NCBI GenBank assembly: GCA_041576165.1
Contig: JBFGLM010000001.1
Coordinates: 128,001 to 192,000, forward strand
From: Acidimicrobiia bacterium
GTDB lineage: Bacteria; Actinomycetota; Acidimicrobiia; Spongiisociales; Spongiisociaceae
DNA: 64,000 nt
Reading direction: 5' to 3'
Shown: one piece after another, positions 25,883-34,862 of the stretch
Layout: each line of letters starts with the position of its first letter
Position numbering within the stretch: the first letter of the stretch is position 1
Notes under the pieces: generated by a model
What the model was told of the DNA's origin: nothing
Databases searched by the model: none
What the model saw: only the letters and a program-made list of their open reading frames with translations
Program-made: the position numbers and the translations under genes

Positions 25883-26529
25883 TGGCCGACGTCGTCCACG
25901 ATCCGTACGCAGAGAACGCGCTGGAGATCATGTTCCCCCCATCCGAAGGGGGCCATGCGCACGAGAGCACCGGCATCGACAACCGTAAGCTCGGAATGTG
26001 GGTGTTCCTGTCCTCGGAGTTCCTCTTCTTCGGTGCCCTGATCACCAACTACCTGCTTTTCAAAGGGCGTAACTTCGGCGCGAACACCCTGTACCCGGTC
26101 GAGCTGTACGACATTCCGTTCACGTCGATCAGCTCGTTCGTCCTGTTGATGAGCTCACTCACCATGGTTTTGGCTCACAGCGCCCTGGCCAGGGGCGACC
26201 AGCAGCAGACCCGCGTGTGGCTCATGGCAACCTCCCTGTTGGGTCTCGTCTTCATTTCGGGTCAGTTCTTCGAATTCACCGAGTTCATCCTCGAGGGTCT
26301 CAAACTGAACGTGAATCCGGCTGCGTCGGCGTTCTACATGCTCACGGGATTCCACGGCGCCCATGTCGTGATCGGAGTGCTGATGCTCCTCACCCTGTGG
26401 GGATTCTCAATGCGTCGCGGCGGGCTGTCCGAAGCAGAGGGCCTGAACCTCGAACTGGTGGGCCTGTATTGGCACTTTGTCGATATTGTGTGGATTGCCA
26501 TCTTCGTGATCGTGTATCTGATTCAGTAA
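25882..26529 (+). CDS. ctaE: Cytochrome c oxidase subunit III
   Basis: WVFLSSEFLFF, TGFHGAHV, LYWHFVDIVW. Confidence 0.95.
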   Translation: MADVVHDPYAENALEIMFPPSEGGHAHESTGIDNRKLGMWVFLSSEFLFFGALITNYLLFKGRNFGANTLYPVELYDIPFTSISSFVLLMSSLTMVLAHSALARGDQQQTRVWLMATSLLGLVFISGQFFEFTEFILEGLKLNVNPAASAFYMLTGFHGAHVVIGVLMLLTLWGFSMRRGGLSEAEGLNLELVGLYWHFVDIVWIAIFVIVYLIQ

Positions 26530-26538
26530 GGACGAACG

Positions 26539-26874
26539 ATGAGCGCCGAGGCCTCAACCCATAGCGAGCACCACGTTCACCACCCGCAGCCGAGCGAATA
26601 CATCAAGATTGCGGTGGTGCTGGCTGTCCTCACGGCGATGGAAGTTGCGCTGTTCTATCTCGAGGAGGGGGTGGATGCCATCGGCCAGTCGATCACGGTG
26701 CCGCTGCTTTTGATACTCAGTGCGCTCAAGTTTGTGATCGTTGTCGGCTGGTACATGCACCTGCGGTTCGAGAAGAGCTTCCTGACCCGGTTCTTTTCGA
26801 TCGGCGCGATTCTGGCGGTCGGCCTCTACTTCATCACGCTGGCTGCGCTCGGCGCAATCAGTATCTTCGGATAG
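26539..26874 (+). CDS. Cytochrome c oxidase subunit IV family protein
   Basis: LTAMEV, KFVIVVGWYMHLRFE; position in operon. Confidence 0.85.
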   Translation: MSAEASTHSEHHVHHPQPSEYIKIAVVLAVLTAMEVALFYLEEGVDAIGQSITVPLLLILSALKFVIVVGWYMHLRFEKSFLTRFFSIGAILAVGLYFITLAALGAISIFG

Positions 26875-26880
26875 ACGGCG

Positions 26881-27771
26881 ATGGGCGTGTCCCCGGCCTC
26901 GCTCGCGGCGCCGGTGCCGACCCAAGCCCTCACCGGCCAGGCGTCATCGCTGGACGAGGCATTGACCTGGCATCCCCACGTGGACGTATGGCTGGTGCTA
27001 TTCGTCTTGGGCTTCGGCTATTGGTTTGCCGTCACCCGTCTCGCCCCGCGCAACCTCCCGAATGGTGATACCGCAGTCACCGGCGGTCAGGTGGCGTCGT
27101 TCGTCGCCGGGCTGGTGATGCTCTGGGTTGTGTCCGACTGGCCCATCCACGATCTAGCGGAGGACTCTTTGTTCCTGTTCCATATGCTGGAGCACGTGGT
27201 GTTGGTGCTGGTCGTGCCACCGCTGCTGCTGCAGGGAACACCAAAATGGCTGGCCCGGATGGTACTCGGGGGCCGGCGGGTTCTTCCGGTCGTGCGCCAG
27301 CTGGCCCGGCCCGTGCCCGCCTTCTTCATCTTCAACGTCCTCATGGTCGGTATTCACTGGCCATACGTCGTAGACCTCATGGTGCGTAATCCCCTCGCCC
27401 ATTTCGGCATCCACGCCGCCCTGTTCATCGCTGCGATCAACATGTGGCTACCGGTGTTCTCCCCACTGCCGGAGATACCCCGCATGTCCCCACCCCTGCG
27501 GATGTTGTACTTGTTCCTGTTGTCCCTCGGCCCGACCGTGCCGGCGTCCTTCCTGACGTTTGGTCGCGAGCCCATCTACGCGTGGTATCGCACGACGCCG
27601 AAACCATGGGGACTCGACGCGATCACGGATCAGACACTGGCCGGCCTGCTCATGAAGCTCGGGGGTGGGCTCATCCTGTGGGCGATCATCGTCGTCCTAT
27701 GGTTTCGCTGGTACGCCGACGAGCAACGTTGGGATGAGCTGGAAGCGGAGCTGCGCCGGACGCCGTCGTGA
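26881..27771 (+). CDS. ctaG: Cytochrome c oxidase assembly factor (Caa3_CtaG family)
   Basis: FHMLEH..L..VPPLLL.G.P, IHWP, DQTLAGLLMK. Confidence 0.85.
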   Translation: MGVSPASLAAPVPTQALTGQASSLDEALTWHPHVDVWLVLFVLGFGYWFAVTRLAPRNLPNGDTAVTGGQVASFVAGLVMLWVVSDWPIHDLAEDSLFLFHMLEHVVLVLVVPPLLLQGTPKWLARMVLGGRRVLPVVRQLARPVPAFFIFNVLMVGIHWPYVVDLMVRNPLAHFGIHAALFIAAINMWLPVFSPLPEIPRMSPPLRMLYLFLLSLGPTVPASFLTFGREPIYAWYRTTPKPWGLDAITDQTLAGLLMKLGGGLILWAIIVVLWFRWYADEQRWDELEAELRRTPS

Positions 27772-28073
27772 GACGCGCGGTAGTGGAGATATCGATCTTC
27801 GTTCTGGTGGCCGCGTGCGGCTCCGGCAACGTCGTACGCGGCGTGGTGATCGACGTCACCGGAGACCTCGAGGGTGTCACGTCGTTCACACTGCGGGCCG
27901 ACGGGGGCGAAATCATCGAACTGGTGCCGGATCCAGACGGGGCGTTCGCGTTCCCACTGACTCATTTGCAGGAACACCGCCAGTCGCTGACACCGGTGGC
28001 CGTCACCTTCGAAGAGCGGGGTGGAGTCAAAGTCGCCGTTTCGATAGCCGACGCAGACGGTGACCAGCACTGA
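27768..28073 (+). CDS. Hypothetical lipoprotein
   Basis: Lipobox LVAAC; GTGA overlap with ctaG; HLQEH motif. Confidence 0.65.
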   Translation: MRRAVVEISIFVLVAACGSGNVVRGVVIDVTGDLEGVTSFTLRADGGEIIELVPDPDGAFAFPLTHLQEHRQSLTPVAVTFEERGGVKVAVSIADADGDQH

Positions 28074-28118
28074 GACGGTGCGCAGCGCTGGAGCGGATAG
28101 GGTAGCGCCGGGGCGGAC

Positions 28119-29363
28119 TCAGCCGCCCGCTTGCTCACCCTCAGCCGGGGTTTCTCCTTCGGCGGGCGCTTCTCCTTCGGCGGGCGCTTCACCTTCGGCT
28201 GGCTGCTCTGCCACCGCCGGCTCGGTGTGCTCTTCCCCTTCTGCGTGGCCGTCGGCGCTCAACTGGGACGCTACGCCGGCGACGAGGATGAGCGCTACTC
28301 CCACGCCGGCGATGGCCAGGAGAAACTCGCCGCGAGAAATCCGCATGTTGGGCAGGCTCGCCATGAGGAAGGCAAACGTGAGAATGAGCAGCGAAACCAG
28401 CATGGCAATCAGCGGCGCGAATTCGTGGAACGTGACGAGCAAAGAGCCAAGTGGGATGACAAACCCGGCGATGGCGATGGCGGCAACCATCGGTATCATC
28501 AGCCCGGTGCTGATGCGCTGGCGAACCTCTTCCTCGTCCTCCTCGTGGTGGGCCGCCGGGATGCCGAGCACCTGCGTCATGGCCCCGGTGATCGCACCTA
28601 GCAGCGCCCCACCGAGCAGGATGACCACGAGCCCGGACCGCACGCTCAACAAGACACCCCCCGTGACGGACTCCTCGCCGGTTGCCACGAGGACGCCGCC
28701 TGCGACGAAGCCCAGCACCAAGCCGGTGATCGCACCCACGATCACCGCGCTCCGGGTCGTGCCCCGCAGGGCATAGCTGCGACTGGTATAGCTGGGAACC
28801 GCCCGGGCGGCCACAGCGATGATGGCGCCGAATATCGCCGACACAACTCCGATCGTCACCGTGGCGGCAGTTGGCGTCACGGCCACGGCTGCTTCGGGAG
28901 CCTCGCCGACGACATCGGCCCGACCGATGATCAGTGGACTGGAGAGCACCATCCCGATCAGCCCGAACACGGCGCCCAGCACCGCCCCTACCGCAGCACC
29001 GAAGCGAAGTCGCTCTCTGAGCGGGGCGGGCTCGACCTCCTCCTCGTCTTCCTCCACGACCAGCACGGCCGCCGCGGCCGGTGCAGCAGTGGCGGCCGGC
29101 ACCGATTCTTCTGCGACGGCGGGCGCCGGTTCCGCCTCGGCTGCCGGGGTCGGCTCGGCGGCTTCGGCTGGCTCAGGAGCAGGCGGCGCTTCCAATTCAG
29201 GCGACGTCGTACCGCCTCCGACCGCATCACCACCGGCCCATGCCGCCAGCACGTCGTCGACCGAGACGCCTTGCGCGCTGGCACGGGCCGCGGCTGATCG
29301 CATCACTAGTTCTTCGGGAGCGCCGGCCAGCTTTGCGGAGACGGCGGCAACCAAGTCAGACAT
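28119..29363 (-). CDS. Multi-pass membrane protein of unknown function
   Basis: Small N-terminal helical domain, Pro/Ala/Glu linker, about 7 hydrophobic segments, EGEAPA-repeat tail. Confidence 0.75.
   Translation of the reverse strand: MSDLVAAVSAKLAGAPEELVMRSAAARASAQGVSVDDVLAAWAGGDAVGGGTTSPELEAPPAPEPAEAAEPTPAAEAEPAPAVAEESVPAATAAPAAAAVLVVEEDEEEVEPAPLRERLRFGAAVGAVLGAVFGLIGMVLSSPLIIGRADVVGEAPEAAVAVTPTAATVTIGVVSAIFGAIIAVAARAVPSYTSRSYALRGTTRSAVIVGAITGLVLGFVAGGVLVATGEESVTGGVLLSVRSGLVVILLGGALLGAITGAMTQVLGIPAAHHEEDEEEVRQRISTGLMIPMVAAIAIAGFVIPLGSLLVTFHEFAPLIAMLVSLLILTFAFLMASLPNMRISRGEFLLAIAGVGVALILVAGVASQLSADGHAEGEEHTEPAVAEQPAEGEAPAEGEAPAEGETPAEGEQAGG
28136..28203 (-). repeat. 18-nt tandem repeat encoding (EGEAPA)n
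   Basis: CTTCTCCTTCGGCGGGCG-like units repeated 3-4 times. Confidence 0.7.
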
Positions 29364-29374
29364 CGGCGGCGATA

Positions 29375-29587
29375 TTAGTCCGAACCTGACCGGCGTCTGC
29401 CGTCACGGTCGCTATCCGCGTTATCCGGGTCGTCCGAGCCGGGCGGTGTGAGCTCCTGCTCATGCTCGGCCCGGCGGCGGGCGCGACGCTCTGCCCAACG
29501 AAGGGCCAGCACCGCCAGGCCGGCCGGCACGACGAACCACAAGATCTCGTCCCAACCGCCCTGATGCGCCAGCTGCCAATCAATCAT
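29375..29587 (-). CDS. Small single-TM membrane protein
   Basis: MIDWQLAHQGGWDEILWFVVPAGLAVLALRWAERRARRR: one TM helix followed by a basic patch. Confidence 0.6.
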   Translation of the reverse strand: MIDWQLAHQGGWDEILWFVVPAGLAVLALRWAERRARRRAEHEQELTPPGSDDPDNADSDRDGRRRSGSD

Positions 29588-29858
29588 GTTCCATGCTCCG
29601 ATCACGCCATTGTACGGAGGGCGACGCCGAGCAGTGCTCCCGGCGAAAGTCGGTGAACCGCGGGTCCCTTTGGTTCCGTAGAATGATCGAGATGACGGAC
29701 TGTGTGGGCCGGCGGTCGAGCCCCGGACTGTCCGGTGCGGATAATCCCGACATTGACCGGCCGGCCTGAACGTTGCCGCGGTCGCAAACTGCAACGCGTG
29801 CCTCGACGCGTACCTCAAATAGCCACGTAACATTGGGCCCGAGACTGATTGAATTGAG

Positions 29859-30506
29859 ATGGAGACCCTTATCCGTAACCGAGCGGTGCTGCCAGTCCTC
29901 TCTCTCGCTTTCGTGCTGCTCGCCGCCGCGTGCGGTTCAGGGGACAAGGGCAACGTATATGAGGACCCCGATGAACGTGTCTTGTTCGAGCTACCCGACG
30001 GATGGAACGTCTACGAGCAGGACGAGCTGATGGGGCTGAGCGACGTCCCGTTCGCAACTGATACCTCTGATCTGCCCGTCATCTCGAGTGTTGCATTTGA
30101 CGGGGCACCCGGGCGCAGCGTCGACAACCTGGTGACGTCGATCGCCAGCGCCAACTACCCGATCGGCTCTCAGGTGATCCGGTCGGTGTCGTCCGACCAG
30201 CGTGACCTCCTATCCAGGTCGCTGCTCGAGGACACCGTCTTCTCGTACAACCGGCTGGAGTCTGCCCAAGAAATCGTCAACGAGGACTTCTCGTTCGGAA
30301 GCGATTATGACGGTATTCGGCGCTTTGTCGGCTTCGTCGACGGCACCACGTCGGAACAGGGAGCGATCTATTTCGTTTCGGTCACCGATCCGACCGATTC
30401 GACGATCTACACGATGGCCGCCGGATGCTCGGTGGCGTGCTTCCAGCAGTATCAGGCCGAGATCCAAGAGGTGGTTGACTCATGGCTGGTGAACACGAAC
30501 CAGTAG
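29859..30506 (+). CDS. Hypothetical lipoprotein
   Basis: Lipobox LAAAC; C-terminal GCSVAC; overlaps the FtsH-like gene. Confidence 0.75.
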   Translation: METLIRNRAVLPVLSLAFVLLAAACGSGDKGNVYEDPDERVLFELPDGWNVYEQDELMGLSDVPFATDTSDLPVISSVAFDGAPGRSVDNLVTSIASANYPIGSQVIRSVSSDQRDLLSRSLLEDTVFSYNRLESAQEIVNEDFSFGSDYDGIRRFVGFVDGTTSEQGAIYFVSVTDPTDSTIYTMAAGCSVACFQQYQAEIQEVVDSWLVNTNQ

Positions 30507-32839
30507 AGCCCGAACCAGTAGAAGCCGAACCGGTAGAGGCCAAGACAATCCACAGGGGCACGGGCAACCAGGAGCCGCCGCCGCAACCACGCCGAAAGAG
30601 CCAGCCCTGGGATCGGTTGAAGATCCTCGTGCTGCTCGGCTTCTTCCTTGCGTTCATGCTCTCGGCGAAGATCAACGCTCCGTTCACGAGCTTCGAGGAA
30701 GCGCTGGCAGAGCTCTGGTACGAAACTATCGGCCGTGCCCTCATGATCGGCTTCGGGCTCGAGCTGTTGCGCCAGCTGCACTATCTGATCGCGGAACGTT
30801 CGGCGCGGTACTGGAAGTTCTGGCAGGAGGGCCTGTTCGGCGGCGTCGAGCGACAGGCCCAAAAGCGGCTCAGTCCCTGGACCCGCTTCAGGCTTGGCCG
30901 GTACGTGCGGATCATCATCGTCCTGTTGATCTTCGGAGCCATCGTCGACTATTTCGTCGACGGCGTGAGCGGCCCGGTAGAGGCGCTGATCCAGTCACCG
31001 CGGATCATCGCCCGCAACCTGCAGCAGTTCATCTTCTTCCTGTTTGCCCCGCTGTACCTCATCATCCAGTTCGGTGCGCTCTTCTGGTTCCTCTCCCGGG
31101 GTGGCGTCGACACGGTGATGCCCGAGGAGATCAAGACGCGCTACGGCGACGTCTGGGGCCAGGACCACGTGCTGGAGCTGGTCCGCGAGAACGTCGGCTT
31201 CCTCGAGAAACCGGACGAGATCGAAGCCAAGGGGGGCTACATCCCTGGCGGAATTCTGCTCTGGGGGCCTCCCGGCACTGGCAAGACCCTGATCGCCGAG
31301 GCCACGGCCGGCGAGGTGGGGGTGCCGTTCGTGTTCGTCGATCCGGGGGCATTCATCAACATGTTCTTCGGGGTCGGCATCCTGAAGGTCAAAGGCCTGT
31401 TCCGAAAGCTCCGCAAGATCTCATTGCGCCACGGCGGGGTGGTCGTGTTCTTCGACGAGGCCGATTCGCTCGGAAGTCGCGGCAATCTAGCCCAAGGCCA
31501 GTTCGGCCAACCCATGGACGAATTCAACACCACTATCGACGCCTGCCATGGGTTCTCCTACCTGTCGTCGAACAGCCAGCAGCTGATCATGCGCGACTTC
31601 CTCAGCAGAGCGGTGCCGGACCCCCAAGACTCCGGCGCCGGCCAGCCGCGCCGGATCATCATGGGCGGCGGCGGGGGTGGCGGCGGCATGGGCACACTCC
31701 AAGCTCTCCTCACCGAGATCTCGGGCCTCACCAAACCCCGGGGCCTATCGAACCGTCTCCGCAAGAGCCTGGGCATGAAGCCGAAGGCGCCGCCCAAGTA
31801 CCGCATCTTCATCATGATGGCGTCGAACATGCCCCAGGCTCTAGACGAGGCGCTGCTGCGGCCGGGGCGGATCGACCGGATCTACCGCGTCGGCTACCCC
31901 AGTCGGGAAGGACGCATCGCCACGCTCGAGGGCTATCTCGACAAGGTGGATCACGAGCTCACCCAGGAGCAAATCATCGATTTGGCGGTCAAGACGCCCT
32001 ACTACTCCGGAGCGAAGATCAAAGACCTCGTCAACGAAGCCTTGATCCTGGCTATGCGCGACGACCGCGAGGTCATCACCTGGGAGGACATCTGGAAAGC
32101 CAAGCTCCTCAAGGAGTTGGGTCCGTCGGAACGCACCGAGTACATCGACCGGGAACGCCACGCCATTGCGGTCCACGAGGCATGCCATGCAGTGATCGCC
32201 CACTTGATGCTGTCGGATCAGGAGATCGACATGGCCACCATCCAGCGGCATTCGAGCGCACTGGGCATGGTGAAACCGATCCAGATGGAGGATCGGGTCA
32301 CCCGCTGGAAGACCGAGTACGAAGGCGAGATCATGACCTCGATCGCCTCGCTGGTCGGTGAACGGCTCTTCTTCGACGGCGACAACTCGTCGGGCGTGAG
32401 TTCGGACCTCCAGAACGCCACCCGGCTGGCGTCGTATATGCACGGCGTCTACGGCATGGGTGAGGCGGTGTCATCGCTCGCAGTGCTGGCGGCCGGACGG
32501 TACGGGACGCCGGACCCGAGCCCCGACATCCTGAAACGGCGAGGAAAAGGCGTGGAGGAAATCCTCCAGCAGCTCTATCAAGAGACCCACGACTTGCTGG
32601 TAGAGCACCGGGAGAAAGTCCTGGCGATTGCGGCTGCTCTTGAAGACCGCAAGACGCTGTCGGGTGCGGAGATCACCGACATCATGGGCTCCGAGCCGGG
32701 CTCGCTGGCGCATGGTCGATCGGGTACCTGGCGCCGCATCGATCCCAACCGGGCGCTGCAAGCGGCCGGGCTGCTCGAGGAGCCGGCGGCGGCGGCGGCG
32801 CAGATGGTCGAGGCCAGTGACGATCCGCTCGACGAATAG
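30482..32839 (+). CDS. FtsH-like AAA+ ATPase / M41 metalloprotease
   Basis: N-terminal TMs, GPPGTGKT, FFDEAD, LDEALLRPGRIDR, HEACH zinc motif, SSDLQNAT. Confidence 0.9.
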   Translation: MAGEHEPVEPEPVEAEPVEAKTIHRGTGNQEPPPQPRRKSQPWDRLKILVLLGFFLAFMLSAKINAPFTSFEEALAELWYETIGRALMIGFGLELLRQLHYLIAERSARYWKFWQEGLFGGVERQAQKRLSPWTRFRLGRYVRIIIVLLIFGAIVDYFVDGVSGPVEALIQSPRIIARNLQQFIFFLFAPLYLIIQFGALFWFLSRGGVDTVMPEEIKTRYGDVWGQDHVLELVRENVGFLEKPDEIEAKGGYIPGGILLWGPPGTGKTLIAEATAGEVGVPFVFVDPGAFINMFFGVGILKVKGLFRKLRKISLRHGGVVVFFDEADSLGSRGNLAQGQFGQPMDEFNTTIDACHGFSYLSSNSQQLIMRDFLSRAVPDPQDSGAGQPRRIIMGGGGGGGGMGTLQALLTEISGLTKPRGLSNRLRKSLGMKPKAPPKYRIFIMMASNMPQALDEALLRPGRIDRIYRVGYPSREGRIATLEGYLDKVDHELTQEQIIDLAVKTPYYSGAKIKDLVNEALILAMRDDREVITWEDIWKAKLLKELGPSERTEYIDRERHAIAVHEACHAVIAHLMLSDQEIDMATIQRHSSALGMVKPIQMEDRVTRWKTEYEGEIMTSIASLVGERLFFDGDNSSGVSSDLQNATRLASYMHGVYGMGEAVSSLAVLAAGRYGTPDPSPDILKRRGKGVEEILQQLYQETHDLLVEHREKVLAIAAALEDRKTLSGAEITDIMGSEPGSLAHGRSGTWRRIDPNRALQAAGLLEEPAAAAAQMVEASDDPLDE

Positions 32840-32898
32840 GCGCCAGCTTCAAACTACTTGCTGAGGGCCGGACGAGTCCGGCGCTCAGCGCGTGCTGG

Positions 32899-34236
32899 TC
32901 AGGCTCCGAATCCGAAATCTCCCAGGCGGACGTCGCAGTTCTGCACAAGCGGCCTCCCTACGAGGTCACGCGCGGTGTCGATCAGCCGCAGCTCGTTCCC
33001 CACGATCGCCAGCAGATGCTGTCCGTCGCCTACGCCGAGGATGCGCGGCGGCGCCCCGTCGTTGGCACCCTGCGCGACGCCCACTTGCGAGGCGGTGCCG
33101 TCGGCCAAGGAGAACGTTGCGACTTGGAATCCGCCCTCGGCGGCGGCGGCGTAGAGAACCCGGCTGTCGTCGAAGAAGCCGGCGAGTACCACATTGTCGG
33201 GAATGAACCGCCGGTCCCGCTCGCCCCAGCCGCTCAGTTCTGACCCTTCGGTGTCCAGGAGAACGTGATACCGCTGTGCCGTCGTCTCGGTGTCCTGCGG
33301 GATCTCAGCGAGGGTGACGACGGCGAACTCGCCCGCGGGCGACCGGTAACCGACCTCCGCCAGCACCGGCAGCTCATTCGGGGAAGTGCCGGGTGCCCAC
33401 TCCCATACCACCTGTCGGGTGGCGACATCCACCGCGACTACTGCGATGTTCGTGACCGTGGTCAGGTTTTGGTCGGCCGAGACGACCGAGCTCATGAGGA
33501 TCAGTCCGCCGATGGAGGCGAGGGGGCGTAGGAATCTCCAGTCGCTCGCTCGGATCTCGGTCACCTCGCCGGTTCCCAATGCGCGGATCGTGGGTGCGGA
33601 TGCCGGCTCGTGCAGCATGTAGACCTCGTTGCCCATTGCGACGGTGGCGAAATCGGCGTCGACGTCGGCTGCGAACAGCTGCCACTCCGTACCAAGCGGG
33701 TCGAGTAGATAGAGGTCTTCCTCGACGAACACATGACGCTGGGGGCCCGCAGCCTGCTCGACCAGAGGCAGCTGCGGCGGCTCGTACACGGAGTAGTCCG
33801 ACGCCGGAACAATGCCCATGAGGCCCCGGTCGGGATCGTTGTCTGCGGCCTGCAACATCAGGTCTATCGACACCAGCTCGCCCCGGCGGTCCACCGTCAC
33901 ATCGACTGTGTCGCCCGGTGGCCGACCGGACATCACCGACAGAAGCGCCTCGGTCGAAGCCGTCCGCACGCCCTCCACCTCGACGATGAGGTCGCCGATT
34001 CGCAGGACGTCCTCGGCCGGGAAGCCATCGAGGACTTCAATGATCAGCGCGCCTTCCCCGGATGCGATCGTGCATGTTCCATCATTGGGGAACAGCGCGT
34101 TGGGGTCGGGAGCGAACACCTGGGTGGGCTGGTAGTCCGGCAGCTCCGGCAGCGGCGCCCGGTCGGGAACCGCCTGCCCCGTACAGGCGGCAAGGGCGAA
34201 CGCCAGCACCGCGATCCGCATCACCCAACCCTTCAT
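32899..34236 (-). CDS. PDZ-domain lipoprotein
   Basis: Lipobox LAAC; PDZ-like GALIIEV..GFPA..LRIGDLIVEVEG. Confidence 0.75.
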   Translation of the reverse strand: MKGWVMRIAVLAFALAACTGQAVPDRAPLPELPDYQPTQVFAPDPNALFPNDGTCTIASGEGALIIEVLDGFPAEDVLRIGDLIVEVEGVRTASTEALLSVMSGRPPGDTVDVTVDRRGELVSIDLMLQAADNDPDRGLMGIVPASDYSVYEPPQLPLVEQAAGPQRHVFVEEDLYLLDPLGTEWQLFAADVDADFATVAMGNEVYMLHEPASAPTIRALGTGEVTEIRASDWRFLRPLASIGGLILMSSVVSADQNLTTVTNIAVVAVDVATRQVVWEWAPGTSPNELPVLAEVGYRSPAGEFAVVTLAEIPQDTETTAQRYHVLLDTEGSELSGWGERDRRFIPDNVVLAGFFDDSRVLYAAAAEGGFQVATFSLADGTASQVGVAQGANDGAPPRILGVGDGQHLLAIVGNELRLIDTARDLVGRPLVQNCDVRLGDFGFGA

Positions 34237-34288
34237 GACCGACAGAGTATCGCCGGCCGCCGGCTGTGGAAGCGGCGAGTTTCCGGGA

Positions 34289-34771
34289 TCAGTGGATCGG
34301 GGCGGGCGCTACCAGGATTCCGTCGGCGTCCGCGTACAGCCATTCACCGGGGCGAAACGTCACGCCGGCGAACTGCGCCTCGACGTCGTCCTCTCCCCAG
34401 CCATTCTTGCGTGACCTGTTGGGCATTGCCGCCAGGGCTCGGATCCCGATTTCCAGGGTGTCGAGGACTGCGCTGTCGCGCACGCAACCGTAGATCACAA
34501 TCCCGCTCCAGCCGTTCTCGATTCCCAGCCCGGCGAGCACGACGCCCACCAGTGCGCATCGCAGTGATCCGCCCCCGTCGACGACCAGCACACGCCCCTC
34601 CCCCGGAGTTTCCAGGCGGGCGCGTACCTTGACGTTGTCCTCATGCGCCCTCACGGTGGCGATCGGCCCGGCGAAGCGGTCCGGCGCGCCGAACGGCATG
34701 AACAGAGGTTCGGCGATCTGCACCAAACCCTCGTGACGGTCGGAAAGATCGGTGGTTGTGAATTCGATCAT
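34289..34771 (-). CDS. rraA: RraA family protein (RNase E regulator / HMG aldolase-like)
   Basis: EDNVKVR, VLVVDGGGSLRCAL, GCVRD, LYADADG. Confidence 0.9.
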   Translation of the reverse strand: MIEFTTTDLSDRHEGLVQIAEPLFMPFGAPDRFAGPIATVRAHEDNVKVRARLETPGEGRVLVVDGGGSLRCALVGVVLAGLGIENGWSGIVIYGCVRDSAVLDTLEIGIRALAAMPNRSRKNGWGEDDVEAQFAGVTFRPGEWLYADADGILVAPAPIH

Positions 34772-34808
34772 GGCATCGGAGGGTACCGGCTCAGATCTGG
34801 CAAAAGCC

Positions 34809-34848
34809 AAAAAAAGAAGAGGGGCGGCCATGGCAGCCGCCCCTCTTC
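34809..34848 (-). terminator. Intrinsic terminator
   Basis: 13-bp stem GAAGAGGGGCGGC/GCCGCCCCTCTTC followed by 7 T on the minus strand. Confidence 0.9.
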
Positions 34849-34862
34849 ATCAAGGCCGATCG

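Noticed and set aside
29630-29670. c-di-GMP-I riboswitch suggested by a GAAA-tetraloop hairpin
   Set aside because: The flanking GCAAA(C) and GACGCAAAG consensus segments are missing
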